From contig JBFLYH010000001.1 in the NCBI GenBank assembly GCA_040756875.1, positions 1,116,878 to 1,180,877 of the forward strand: a stretch of DNA of 64,000 bases. Reading direction: 5' to 3'. Origin of the DNA: a candidate division FCPU426 bacterium (GTDB taxonomy: Bacteria > Oederibacteriota > JAAXVQ01 > JAUVAV01). The notes under the pieces were generated by a model. The model was not told where the DNA came from and searched no databases. It saw only the letters and a list, made by a program, of their open reading frames with translations. The position numbers and the translations under genes are program-made. Positions 27,436-36,701 of the stretch are shown piece by piece (the first letter of the stretch is position 1; every line of letters begins with the position of its first letter).

Positions 27436-27849
27436 TCAGGCCTCCCCGCGGTAGGCGGCGCAATTGTCTTCCGTCTCCCAGATTTTGACTTCATGCAGCC
27501 TGCCGGCCGGCAGGTGGTTCTGCAGGCATTCCCAAATGGCGACCGCCAGGTTTTCCGCCGTGGGAACGCGCCCTTTGAGGATCGCCTCGTCCCGGTTCAG
27601 ATCCCGGTGGTCAAGGACGGCGACGATCCGCAGTTCCAGGATTTCCTTCAGTTGTGACAGGTTCATGACCATGCCGGTCGTCGGATCCGGCTCGCCGCAG
27701 ACCGTCACTTCCAGCAGGTAATTGTGCCCGTGCCCCTGCGGATTGGAGCATTTTCCGAACAGCGCGCGGTTCTCCTCGGCCGAGAGCCGCGGCGACGACA
27801 ACCGGTGCCCCGCGCAAAATTCCACCCGTTTGGTCAAATATATTTTCAT
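27436..27849 (-). CDS. 6-pyruvoyl-tetrahydropterin synthase family protein, PTPS-II type
   Basis: CSNPQGHGHNY (CX5HGH), DPTTGMVMN, LDHRDLN, TAENLA and WETEDN. Confidence 0.88.
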   Translation of the reverse strand: MKIYLTKRVEFCAGHRLSSPRLSAEENRALFGKCSNPQGHGHNYLLEVTVCGEPDPTTGMVMNLSQLKEILELRIVAVLDHRDLNRDEAILKGRVPTAENLAVAIWECLQNHLPAGRLHEVKIWETEDNCAAYRGEA

Positions 27850-28556
27850 GCCCGGTTCCCCGCCAAGATCAGATTGGCCCCGTTGAGGGCCGAACTGCGT
27901 TCCGAAAGCAGAAAAACAGCCGCCTCGGCAACCTCTTCGGGTTGCATGGCCGGCGCCAGCTGGGGCGCCGCCTGGCGCAGCATGTCCGTGTCCACCGCCC
28001 CGGGAGAGAGGCAGTTCACCCGCAACCCCCGCTCTGCCCCTTCCACTGCCAGGATTTCCGTCAACCCCAGCACGCCGTATTTGCTTACGTTGTATGCCGT
28101 GAATCCCGGGAATTTTTCATAGCCTGGAACGCCGGACAAGGAGGCGATGTTCACGATGCTCCCGCCGGAGGGCATCCGCCGGAAGGCCTCGCGGCAGGCC
28201 AGAAAAACGCCGGTCAAATTGACGCGCAGGAGTTCGTTCCAGTCCTCCAACGCCAATTCAACCGCCGCCGCTTTGCGGAAAATAGCCGCGCAGTTCACCA
28301 AGCCGTCCACTCCGCCCCAGGCCGCCGTGGCCCGCTCGAAGGCTTCCGCGGCCCCGGCCTCCGTGCCGATATCGCAGGCGCAGGCCAAAAACGCAGCGTT
28401 CTCTTTTTTGATCCGGGCCGCCGTTTGTTCCAGGTTTTCCCGGCCCTTTCCAACCAGGGCGACGCGCGCGCCTTCAGCCGCGCATTTGAGCGCGCAGGCT
28501 CGGCCGATTCCGCGGCCGGCGCCGGTTACAATGATCCGCTTCCCTGCCAGCAGCAT
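27846..28556 (-). CDS. Short-chain dehydrogenase/reductase; candidate sepiapterin-reductase-like enzyme
   Basis: TGAGRGIG, YNVSK and PGAVDTDM; its stop codon overlaps the PTPS start. Confidence 0.85.
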   Translation of the reverse strand: MLLAGKRIIVTGAGRGIGRACALKCAAEGARVALVGKGRENLEQTAARIKKENAAFLACACDIGTEAGAAEAFERATAAWGGVDGLVNCAAIFRKAAAVELALEDWNELLRVNLTGVFLACREAFRRMPSGGSIVNIASLSGVPGYEKFPGFTAYNVSKYGVLGLTEILAVEGAERGLRVNCLSPGAVDTDMLRQAAPQLAPAMQPEEVAEAAVFLLSERSSALNGANLILAGNRA

Positions 28557-28560
28557 GGGA

Positions 28561-29319
28561 TTACCTCCCGGTTCGCAGACGTTTGCGGAAGACCGCCGCC
28601 TTCAGATCCCGCACATACCGGCGGCCGAACATGGGGCCTGGATAGCGGTAGGATCTGGTTTCCAGCCGCTGCAGGCGCCCGCGGGCAGCGGCTGCGATGT
28701 CACCTGCCGTGTAAAACCGGAACCCCATGCCGGCGCGGCGGTCGAAAAGTATGCCCTGCTTGCGCCGTCCCGATTTTCGCAGCAAAAGTCCATAATAGCC
28801 GTCCCGCCGGGTGAAATGGTACGAAAGCAGCAATCCCCCCGGTTTCAGCACCCGGGCGCATTCGCGCCAGAGCCGCTGCTGCCGGCGCCGGTTGGCGAGA
28901 TTGTCCGCAGCCGTGATTTCCATCACGGCGTCGAACGCACCGTCACTCCACGGCAAGGGGCCGGCGAATGAGCCGCAATGCAGGGTCAGCCGGCTGCGAT
29001 GGGTCCGGGCGAGGCGCTCAAATGCGGCCAATGCCCCGGATACCGGATCCATCCCCGTTACCCGCCAACCGCGCCGGATGAAAGGCAGGCTGTTCCGTCC
29101 GCGGCCGCAGCCCAAATCCAGCAGCCTGCCCCGCCTGATTCCCGCTTCGGCCAGCAGCCTTGCGAACCACGCCACGCAACGTTCCGGTTTTTGGGAATAG
29201 GAGGATTCAATGCGGTCCCTGCCTTGTCCGCGGTACTCCCGGACCCAGGCCGCGATTTGCCGGCTCGTGCGAAGGACCGGCGCGGCGCCTTGGCGCCCTG
29301 AACGGAAAGCGTGGATCAC
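28561..29319 (-). CDS. Class I SAM-dependent methyltransferase
   Basis: LLDLGCGRGRN and ARVLKPGG. Confidence 0.85.
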   Translation of the reverse strand: MIHAFRSGRQGAAPVLRTSRQIAAWVREYRGQGRDRIESSYSQKPERCVAWFARLLAEAGIRRGRLLDLGCGRGRNSLPFIRRGWRVTGMDPVSGALAAFERLARTHRSRLTLHCGSFAGPLPWSDGAFDAVMEITAADNLANRRRQQRLWRECARVLKPGGLLLSYHFTRRDGYYGLLLRKSGRRKQGILFDRRAGMGFRFYTAGDIAAAARGRLQRLETRSYRYPGPMFGRRYVRDLKAAVFRKRLRTGR

Positions 29320-30242
29320 TTGGCCAGTGAGCGGAGAAACTCCTCCAGCAGGGGATACACTTGGTCAGGAGCTTCTTCCTGGGGCATGTGCCCCAATCCG
29401 GGCAGGGGCGTGAAACGGGCCTGGTTCAAGCCCTGCACGAGTTTCCCGCCCAGGCTGGCGGGCAGGATACGGTCCTTCTCCCCCCACAGCACGGTGACCG
29501 GGCAGCCCAACCGCTCCTCGTACGGACGGTAATCGAATCCCAGGCGACCCCGGTGCAGCAGCAGGAAACTTATGCGTCCGTTCGGCATTTCCAGCGGACG
29601 GACGTATTTTTCCACGGCGGCGTGCCAGGTATCGGAACCGGGCGTCCAGGAACGGCTGAGCAGGCGGCGGATGAACCCGCGATCCAAAAAAAGCGAAGCC
29701 CAGGCTTCCGAGATCCAGGGAACGCCCCACCACCAGCCCATGGCCTCGGCGGCGGAACCACAGGAGGAATCCGGAGCGATCAGCATCAGGCCTTTGACCA
29801 ATTGCGGGAACATGGAAGCGCACACCAGGGCCACGCCGCCGCCCAGATCATGCCCCACCAGAATCACTTCCTGGATTTCCAGTTTGTCCAACGCCAGTTT
29901 GACCTGCAACGCCATGTCCGCCGGGGTCAGCGGCTGGGTGACTTTTTTTTCGGACCAACCCAAACCCGGGAAATCCAGGGTGATGAAGCGATACCCCGCC
30001 GGCGGCCGCGAAGCCAGGGCAAAAAAGGACTCGGAATGGTACGGGAATCCCGATAAAAACAGCACGGCTGGGCCGCGGCCTTCGCCGCGCACCAGCACGT
30101 ACAGGCCGTTCTGTTCGACCTTCACGTATTCACCCTGCACCGGATACAGGGCTTTGCCGTTGTAAAACCGCCAGAAATACATTCCGCTCCAGGCGGCGAC
30201 GATCACCAGAATGGCCAGAATCAGCCAACGTTGCAGAGACAT
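29316..30242 (-). CDS. Membrane-anchored alpha/beta hydrolase with Asp nucleophile
   Basis: N-terminal TM segment; DFPGLGWS, GHDLGG, WGEKD and GHMPQEE. Confidence 0.88.
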   Translation of the reverse strand: MSLQRWLILAILVIVAAWSGMYFWRFYNGKALYPVQGEYVKVEQNGLYVLVRGEGRGPAVLFLSGFPYHSESFFALASRPPAGYRFITLDFPGLGWSEKKVTQPLTPADMALQVKLALDKLEIQEVILVGHDLGGGVALVCASMFPQLVKGLMLIAPDSSCGSAAEAMGWWWGVPWISEAWASLFLDRGFIRRLLSRSWTPGSDTWHAAVEKYVRPLEMPNGRISFLLLHRGRLGFDYRPYEERLGCPVTVLWGEKDRILPASLGGKLVQGLNQARFTPLPGLGHMPQEEAPDQVYPLLEEFLRSLAK

Positions 30243-30365
30243 GACGATGCTCCTTGCGGCTAGAAGCCAACGTGCGATGTTATCAAAGCGCCAAGCAGGC
30301 TGTCAAACGCTTTGGACCACGAAATTCCGCATGACAGGAATCGGGCTTTTGCCTACAATACCTCC

Positions 30366-31073
30366 ATGATCCGACGCGCGACGCTTTTCTTATGCATCCT
30401 GGCCTGTCTGGGAACGGCCTGGCCGCTTCCGGCCTCAGGGGTTTGGGAGCATTCCCAGGTTTCCGAAGCCACCCGCCTGCCTGCAGGCCGCGAGGTGTGG
30501 GAATTCGGCCTGGTTTACACGATGGACGCCATGTATCCGATCCGCTTCACGTGTCCGGCCGGCGTGCGCGTGATCCTGCATGCCCTTAACCTGTCCCCGC
30601 TTCCCATTTATCTTGAGCGCAAAGACACCGGGGGGCAATTCGCGTTGCCGTCCGGAGCTTACCGGCGGCTGGATTTCGGCCTGCTCGCCGCCGGGGACCA
30701 CGGCTTTGACCTGGTCATTCCCATGAGCGCCGACGCCGGGCATTCGTCCCATGCGGATGAAAAAGAACCCGGCCGGCTTCGCTGCCAGTTGCTGGCGGAC
30801 ACCTGGCCGGGCGAGTCACTGCCCTTCGAAGCCGTCTGGATGGTGGTGGGAAAACGCCTGTTGCCTGAACGGGTGGTGCTCCCAGCCGGCCGGCCGGTTT
30901 CCCTGTTCATCGGCGCCGCGGTCTCCGCCTCCGCTGACCGCCTTCCGCTTAATGATCAGTGGCTGCAGGTCAAACCTGCCGATGTCAGCCTGACCGAACT
31001 CCAGCACCCCCAAGGGGGGCGGATCACCGTACCCTTCCCGCCTTCCCGCCCCGCCGAATTGGATATCCGCTGA
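30366..31073 (+). CDS. Secreted hypothetical protein, possibly two cupredoxin-like domains
   Basis: Signal peptide; two similar segments (YPIRFTCPAGVRVIL and LPERVVLPAGRPVSL). Confidence 0.55.
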   Translation: MIRRATLFLCILACLGTAWPLPASGVWEHSQVSEATRLPAGREVWEFGLVYTMDAMYPIRFTCPAGVRVILHALNLSPLPIYLERKDTGGQFALPSGAYRRLDFGLLAAGDHGFDLVIPMSADAGHSSHADEKEPGRLRCQLLADTWPGESLPFEAVWMVVGKRLLPERVVLPAGRPVSLFIGAAVSASADRLPLNDQWLQVKPADVSLTELQHPQGGRITVPFPPSRPAELDIR

Positions 31074-31083
31074 AACCGCGCGT

Positions 31084-31590
31084 TCAGCGCGGCGTCCCGA
31101 ATGTTTCCCAATGCAGCATGTCCTGCAACGGCCGCTTGGCCGGCGCGGGCGCAGGTCCGGCCGGAAATCCGCAAGGGATGAGCGCGACCAGCTTCATGTC
31201 CTTCGTCGCGCCCAGGTATTCCGCCGCTTCGGGGGCATAGGGTTTTTTATCCCCCGCCACCCAGCAGGCGGCCGCGCCCTGCGCGTGCAACGCCAGCAGC
31301 AAATGCACCACCGCCGCGACGCCGTCTTCCAGGTAATACTTCGTCTCCCGGCACAAAACAGCCACGCACGCCGGCGCGGAGGCGATGAATCTGCCGTTGT
31401 CCGTCAACGCCGCCAGATGCCGCAGCCGTCCGGGTTCTTCCACCACTACAAATTCCCACGGCTGCAGATTGCGGGCGGTCGGCGCCTGCCGGGCCGCGGC
31501 CACGGCTTGCTCCAGCACGGCCCGGGGCAAGGGGCGGGATTGAAAGGCACGCACGCTGCGTCGCGTGGCCAGGGTTTCCAGGGCATCCAT
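31084..31590 (-). CDS. Nitroreductase family protein
   Basis: TRRSVRAF and APTARNLQPWEFVVV. Confidence 0.92.
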   Translation of the reverse strand: MDALETLATRRSVRAFQSRPLPRAVLEQAVAAARQAPTARNLQPWEFVVVEEPGRLRHLAALTDNGRFIASAPACVAVLCRETKYYLEDGVAAVVHLLLALHAQGAAACWVAGDKKPYAPEAAEYLGATKDMKLVALIPCGFPAGPAPAPAKRPLQDMLHWETFGTPR

Positions 31591-31618
31591 GGGTCAAGCC
31601 TCCTGTGTTCGATCCGGC

Positions 31619-32776
31619 TCACCGGGTTTTTCGCCGGGCCAAGCAGTCGCGGTAAAGTTCCACCAGGTTTTGGGCCGAGCGGTCGAGATTGAATTTTTCG
31701 CGCACCACCTGCCGGGCCTCGCGCCCCAGTTGCTGCCGCAAGCCGGCGTCGGCCAGCAACGGCTTGAGCGTGGCGGCCAAATGGCCTGCATCCGGATGGT
31801 GAAACAACCGGCCTCCGCGTCCGGCCGAAATGATCTCCGGCACACCGCCCGTGTCAGGACCCACCACCGGCCGCTCCATGGCCATGGCCTCCACCAACAC
31901 CATGCCCAGCGATTCCAGGGCCGACGCGCACGCGAACAGGTCAAGCTGCTTCATAACTGCGGGCATATTGTCGAGAAAACCCAGCCAATGCACCCGGCGG
32001 CCCCAGGGTTTGGCTTCAGCCCACGTCCGCCACCGTTCGGCGTACGCCTGTTCACCGGCTCCCACAGCCCTGCCGATCAGCACAAGATGCCAGTCCGGAA
32101 ATTCGCCGGCCAATTGATCGAAGGCTTGCAACACCAGGTGCACGCCCTTGCCGGCATTGAGCCGGCCTGCATATCCCAACACCGGCGAAGCCGCGGGAAT
32201 CTTCCACTCGCTTTTGAGGTCAACGCCTGCTGCTGCCAAGGCGGGGTTCCACACGTCCTCCACATCGATTCCGTTGTATAAGACCCCGACTTTCGCCGGA
32301 TCGACCGGAACAGTCTTCAGCACGTTCTCGGCCACTAACCGCGAAACACCCAGCACGCGGTCCGTATGCCTAAAGACCCAGGCGTGGAAAGGATCCCGTT
32401 TCGGTTCGGTTGCGTATACGTGCTTGGTAAGAATCACAGGCCGCCGGCCGCCAGCCAGCGCATTGGCCAAAATGAGGTTGGATAGATCGCGCGACCAATG
32501 GACGTGAATAACGTGGACAGGATGGCTTCTCAGCCAGCGGGCCATCCCCAGGATGAAGACGGGATCGAAATAAGGCCGCGGCCGGCGGGCCACGACCGGC
32601 ACGCTCCATTCGCCGGCCAGGCGGGCCGCCAGACTATCGGGCCGGGCCAGCACCCAGGCCGGGTGGCCCTGGGCGTTGAGCTTGCGGGCCAGGACTGGGG
32701 CGTAAATTTCACGGCCGCCCACCCCCGGCGAAGAGACGACCTGCAGACTGCCGACCGGGGAATCGGACTTGCCCAT
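31619..32776 (-). CDS. Glycosyltransferase family 4
   Basis: GGRE, YNGID, GRLNAGKG and ESLGMVLVEAMA. Confidence 0.92.
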   Translation of the reverse strand: MGKSDSPVGSLQVVSSPGVGGREIYAPVLARKLNAQGHPAWVLARPDSLAARLAGEWSVPVVARRPRPYFDPVFILGMARWLRSHPVHVIHVHWSRDLSNLILANALAGGRRPVILTKHVYATEPKRDPFHAWVFRHTDRVLGVSRLVAENVLKTVPVDPAKVGVLYNGIDVEDVWNPALAAAGVDLKSEWKIPAASPVLGYAGRLNAGKGVHLVLQAFDQLAGEFPDWHLVLIGRAVGAGEQAYAERWRTWAEAKPWGRRVHWLGFLDNMPAVMKQLDLFACASALESLGMVLVEAMAMERPVVGPDTGGVPEIISAGRGGRLFHHPDAGHLAATLKPLLADAGLRQQLGREARQVVREKFNLDRSAQNLVELYRDCLARRKTR

Positions 32777-32788
32777 GGATCCGCGGAT

Positions 32789-33601
32789 TTACCTGTCCCG
32801 GGTTTGGTCCGGCCCGGCGTCCGCCACCAGGGGCTCGTCCGGTCCCTCGGCTTCAGCGTGCAAAGCCGCCACTTCCGCGGACACCGGCCCTTCCGGTTCC
32901 ATCAACTGGGCTTCCACCTCGGATTCATCTTCAGGCATCCGTTCGTCGGCTTTGCCGCCCAGGTGGTTGTCAAGGCGCGCCTGAGCTTCCGGCCCTTCAC
33001 CGTTTCCTTCTTCGGCCGGTTCGGCCGCTTTTTTGGAGGGAGCGGCGGGGTGGAGCTTGGCGGCAATGCGGCCCTGGCACAACTCGCAGAAAGTCTGCGG
33101 TTTGGCGTCCAGGCCGAACAGGGCGTTGGCCGGGAATAGCACGCATTTTTTAGTGGGACAGGGGGGCAATCCGATGGCCATGCCTACCTGGTCAATCGCC
33201 TCGGTCACCGCGCGGCGCAGGAACTTTTCCGCATCCGACGGTTTTTTATAATAATCCTCGCGCAACCGGGTCAGAGCCATCACCGCGATTCCCTGCCCCG
33301 GTTGGTTTAGGCCGAACACGAAGTTTTTTTCGCCCGCGAACATATCGCCGTCCACCACGCCCAGCACGGCCACCAGGCTGTCGCGCTTGCGGGCGGCCAG
33401 CAGGTTGAGCAGGCGGTCAGCCAGGTATTGCCGCCGCTGGTCGGAATACATTTCCGTATCCGGTTCCTCGGAGCGGCCGATGTGGACGTGAAATTGATAA
33501 GACTTGCGCAGGGCCACCGCGATTTCGCCGAGCACCTCCACCAGCACCTTGCCGATGGGGATCAATAAAATTTCTTTTTTCGTCTCTCTGCCTTTTTCCA
33601 T
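32789..33601 (-). CDS. Archaemetzincin (peptidase M54)-like protein lacking the HExxHxxGxxH motif
   Basis: RRQYLAD, NFVFG and CX4C...FCxxC are retained; the zinc-binding motif reads DQVGMAIGLPP. Acidic tail. Confidence 0.75.
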   Translation of the reverse strand: MEKGRETKKEILLIPIGKVLVEVLGEIAVALRKSYQFHVHIGRSEEPDTEMYSDQRRQYLADRLLNLLAARKRDSLVAVLGVVDGDMFAGEKNFVFGLNQPGQGIAVMALTRLREDYYKKPSDAEKFLRRAVTEAIDQVGMAIGLPPCPTKKCVLFPANALFGLDAKPQTFCELCQGRIAAKLHPAAPSKKAAEPAEEGNGEGPEAQARLDNHLGGKADERMPEDESEVEAQLMEPEGPVSAEVAALHAEAEGPDEPLVADAGPDQTRDR

Positions 33602-33647
33602 CCTACCCTTCCTCCTCTGACATTTTCCGGTCCATCCCCGCAGGGGT

Positions 33648-34010
33648 TCAGGGCCGGATGATCATTTTCAGTCCGATCACCAGCAGAAACAGTCCGAAGA
33701 GCCGCCGCAGCAACTGATCGGGAATCATGCCGATCCAGCGGGCGCCGAGGTAGCCTCCGACCAGAAAGCCCAGACAAATCCAAATCGCGGCCCGCCAATC
33801 CGCCTCGCCCCGGCGAAGGTACTCCAGGGCGGCCAGCAACCCGATCGGGGGCAGCATGAGCAGCAGGGTTGTTCCCTGGGCCAGCTTCTGATCCATACCC
33901 GCGAAATACACCAACCCGGGGATGATCAGAATGGCGCCGCCGATCCCCAACGCGCCGCTGGCGGCACCCGCGATCAGCCCCATGGCCAACAAACCCAGGA
34001 TCATTCCCAT
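33648..34010 (-). CDS. Half-size TauE/SafE sulfite exporter family protein
   Basis: GLIAGAASGALGIGGAILIIPGL and AQGTTL; about 120 aa with 4 TM segments. Confidence 0.85.
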   Translation of the reverse strand: MGMILGLLAMGLIAGAASGALGIGGAILIIPGLVYFAGMDQKLAQGTTLLLMLPPIGLLAALEYLRRGEADWRAAIWICLGFLVGGYLGARWIGMIPDQLLRRLFGLFLLVIGLKMIIRP

Positions 34011-34120
34011 ATGCCCGCCCTTCCCTGCACAAACGTGGAGTGGGAGTTTGCCGAGCACCGGCTGAACCGCGGCAGGCGGTCAGGCTAAAAGCAGGTGAAC
34101 TTCAGACAGCCTGGGGGGTT

Positions 34121-34690
34121 TTACCCGCCGCCGCGAAGTTTGCGGCGTTCACTCAGGCGGCGGTCTTTTCGTCGCCGTTCGCGCTGCCGGCGTTCGAGGC
34201 CGACATGCACGAGCGTTTTGCGCCTGTCGTCAAAGCGCCGCTCCAAATCACGGCGCTCGTTGGCCCGGCGGTCATGGACGATCAACAGGGTCTTCGGGCG
34301 AATGGCGCGGAAAATCAGGTAATTGCTGGCCTGGGCCACGGCCAACAGCACCAGGTCGCCGGTTTCGACGCCTTGTTTCTGGAACCAGGCTTTCAAATTG
34401 AACCCGGCCGGCCAGAACCGTTGACGTTTGAATACCTGGCCCTTCTTGCCTTTCGATTTCCGCTGACGGCAGCGGAATACCGCCGGTTCCTCGCTTTTGC
34501 CGTGGATATCGATCATCAGCACGTGGATCAACTCATCCTGGAAAAAACAGCGGGCCGGGATGTCCAGGTTGGACAGGTTGAGGTAGCCGTCCTTCAACTC
34601 TGTGGCGGACAGGCGGTTTTCGCATACGGATTCGGGTTCAACCGCTTCGTGAAAAAGCACGCGATTCCAAAAATCCTTGACCTTATGCAT
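34121..34690 (-). CDS. Hypothetical protein: B3-like pseudobarrel plus ERR/DRR repeat tail
   Basis: 189 aa; WFQKQGVETGDLVLL; tail ERRDLERRFDDRR...ERRQRERRRKDRRLSERR. Confidence 0.6.
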   Translation of the reverse strand: MHKVKDFWNRVLFHEAVEPESVCENRLSATELKDGYLNLSNLDIPARCFFQDELIHVLMIDIHGKSEEPAVFRCRQRKSKGKKGQVFKRQRFWPAGFNLKAWFQKQGVETGDLVLLAVAQASNYLIFRAIRPKTLLIVHDRRANERRDLERRFDDRRKTLVHVGLERRQRERRRKDRRLSERRKLRGGG

Positions 34691-34815
34691 ACTCCGCTCT
34701 TGCCCTCCGGATCCGTTTCGAATTATCGAGGTTCCCGCCCGTTGCGGGAGCGTCCCCTATGATAGTCAGGCACCTGGCTTAAATCAAGGAAAATGTCCGG
34801 CGCCCCGGACGCCGT

Positions 34816-36555
34816 TCATTCAATTTTGAATTCCACCACCAGCTTGCGCATATTTTGGGCGTCTTCGCTTAGTTTCTGGATGGCATTGGTGATCTGTTCG
34901 AAGGACACGGTTTGTTCCTCGACCGAAGCCGCCACGGACTGGGCCGCGATGAAATTGCTTTTTTCCAGGTTCTTCACGTTTTCGACCCGTTTGATCATTT
35001 CCTTCAGCGAGTCGGACTGCTTGGTCAGGTTCCGGGAAATCTCCTCGATGACCTGGGCGGACGATTCCGTGCTTTCCATGATCGTGGACAGGGCCTTGCC
35101 GGCCTCGTCCATCATGTGGGAGCCGCGGCCGACGACGTCCGTGGCCTGGCGGGTGGCTTCGCCCGTGCCTTTGATCTCGTTCTGAATCTGGCTGATCAGA
35201 TTCTGGATCTGTTCGGAAGCGGCTGCCGAATCCTCCGCCAGCTTGCGCACCTCTTCCGCCACTACGGAAAAGCCCCGCCCCGCTTCGCCGGCACGCGCGG
35301 CCTCGATGGCCGCGTTCAGGGACAGGAGATTGGTTTGGGAGGCGATTTTCCGGATGGATTCCACAAAGGAACCGATGCCGCTCAGGGACTGGGTGAGGCG
35401 CCGCATGCGCTCCTCGATCAGCCTCATCTTGTCGGAGATGCTGCCGATGACCGAAACCGAATCCTGCACGGTCTTTCCGCTCTGGCGCGAGACGTTTTCG
35501 GTTTGCGAAGACACCTGCTGGGCGTTCTGGGATTTGCGAGCAATGTTCACCAGGGTCCCCAGCACATCTTCGATGGTGTTGTGCGTGGCCGTGGATTCGC
35601 GTTCCTGTTTTTCCAGGTCCCCGGTCAGGCCCTGGACCGTCGAATTGACGCCGTCCGCGTTGGCGCTGAGCTGTTCCGCAGTCGAGGATATTTCCTCCAG
35701 CGAAACGTTCATTTTGGAAACCAAGCTTACGGTTTCCCGGACGATCAGCGCGATGTTTTTGATGAAAATGTTGAAATAATCGGCCATTTCGGAAAATTCG
35801 TCGTTCCGGCCGAGTTCCAGGCGCTGGGTCAGGTCGCCGCGGCGGGACGCGATGTCCTTAAGTCGCTGTATAAACTGGGTGATGGGCTGCAGCAGCCAGC
35901 GGCCGAAGAAAATGGCCGCAACCGTCCCGGCCGCCAGGGCCAGAATAAAAATGATCAGCATCTGCAGGGCCATGCGTTGCTGAAGCTCTTCCAGGCGGCT
36001 CATGGACATGCCCACATGGACCGTTCCCAGGGTTTCCTCTGTCCGCAGTTCCTCTTCCCCGCCGCCGGCTTCGCCGTACCCCTCCAACAGGGAGAGTTCC
36101 TTGTTCACCATGGCCTTGGTGTCCCCGCCGACCTTGCGAACCAGGGCGGCGTGGTCGTAGGCCCAGCGGCCGTCCGGCATCCTGATCCGGTTGACCGTGA
36201 TTTTATCGCCCACGAGAATGCGCCCGAGTTCCTTGGTGACGTGTTCGAAATCCACGGTCCCGTTTTCCGCGACGATCTGCCCCTGGGCGTCGTAAATCAG
36301 GATCCACAGGATGTCGATCTCGCGCATGAGGCTGTCCGCCAGAGTGAACAGGGCGTCGCGGTCGCGGCTGTCCAGCACTTTCTGGCAATTGATGGCCATG
36401 TTGCGGGTAAGGGCTTTGCCGCGTTCGAGGAATTCCTGTTTGACGACGCGTTGCTGCTGGATGAAACTGGGAACAAAAAAGGCGATGCCGAGCCCGAAAA
36501 CAAAGGCATAGATGAAAACGAAAATGGATCGTCGGATACTGGTTTTCTTTTTCAT
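34816..36555 (-). CDS. Methyl-accepting chemotaxis protein
   Basis: Two TM segments, HAMP domain and signalling tip [38 protein letters not shown]. Confidence 0.95.
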   Translation of the reverse strand: MKKKTSIRRSIFVFIYAFVFGLGIAFFVPSFIQQQRVVKQEFLERGKALTRNMAINCQKVLDSRDRDALFTLADSLMREIDILWILIYDAQGQIVAENGTVDFEHVTKELGRILVGDKITVNRIRMPDGRWAYDHAALVRKVGGDTKAMVNKELSLLEGYGEAGGGEEELRTEETLGTVHVGMSMSRLEELQQRMALQMLIIFILALAAGTVAAIFFGRWLLQPITQFIQRLKDIASRRGDLTQRLELGRNDEFSEMADYFNIFIKNIALIVRETVSLVSKMNVSLEEISSTAEQLSANADGVNSTVQGLTGDLEKQERESTATHNTIEDVLGTLVNIARKSQNAQQVSSQTENVSRQSGKTVQDSVSVIGSISDKMRLIEERMRRLTQSLSGIGSFVESIRKIASQTNLLSLNAAIEAARAGEAGRGFSVVAEEVRKLAEDSAAASEQIQNLISQIQNEIKGTGEATRQATDVVGRGSHMMDEAGKALSTIMESTESSAQVIEEISRNLTKQSDSLKEMIKRVENVKNLEKSNFIAAQSVAASVEEQTVSFEQITNAIQKLSEDAQNMRKLVVEFKIE

Positions 36556-36701
36556 CCGCAGCTGGCGCTCCTAACCCATTCCCGGGCTGGTCTGTCGACG
36601 AGCGATTGGCTTATCTAAGCGAACATGTTGGTTAGCCACTATTTTAAAGCATTTAATGGCATTGCTCAACTCTATTCTCCTGGCCTGAGACCGGACGGGG
36701 T

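Noticed and set aside
27436-27849. Calling the PTPS queD
   Set aside because: The motif is CX5HGH rather than CX3HGH, and no que genes are adjacent.
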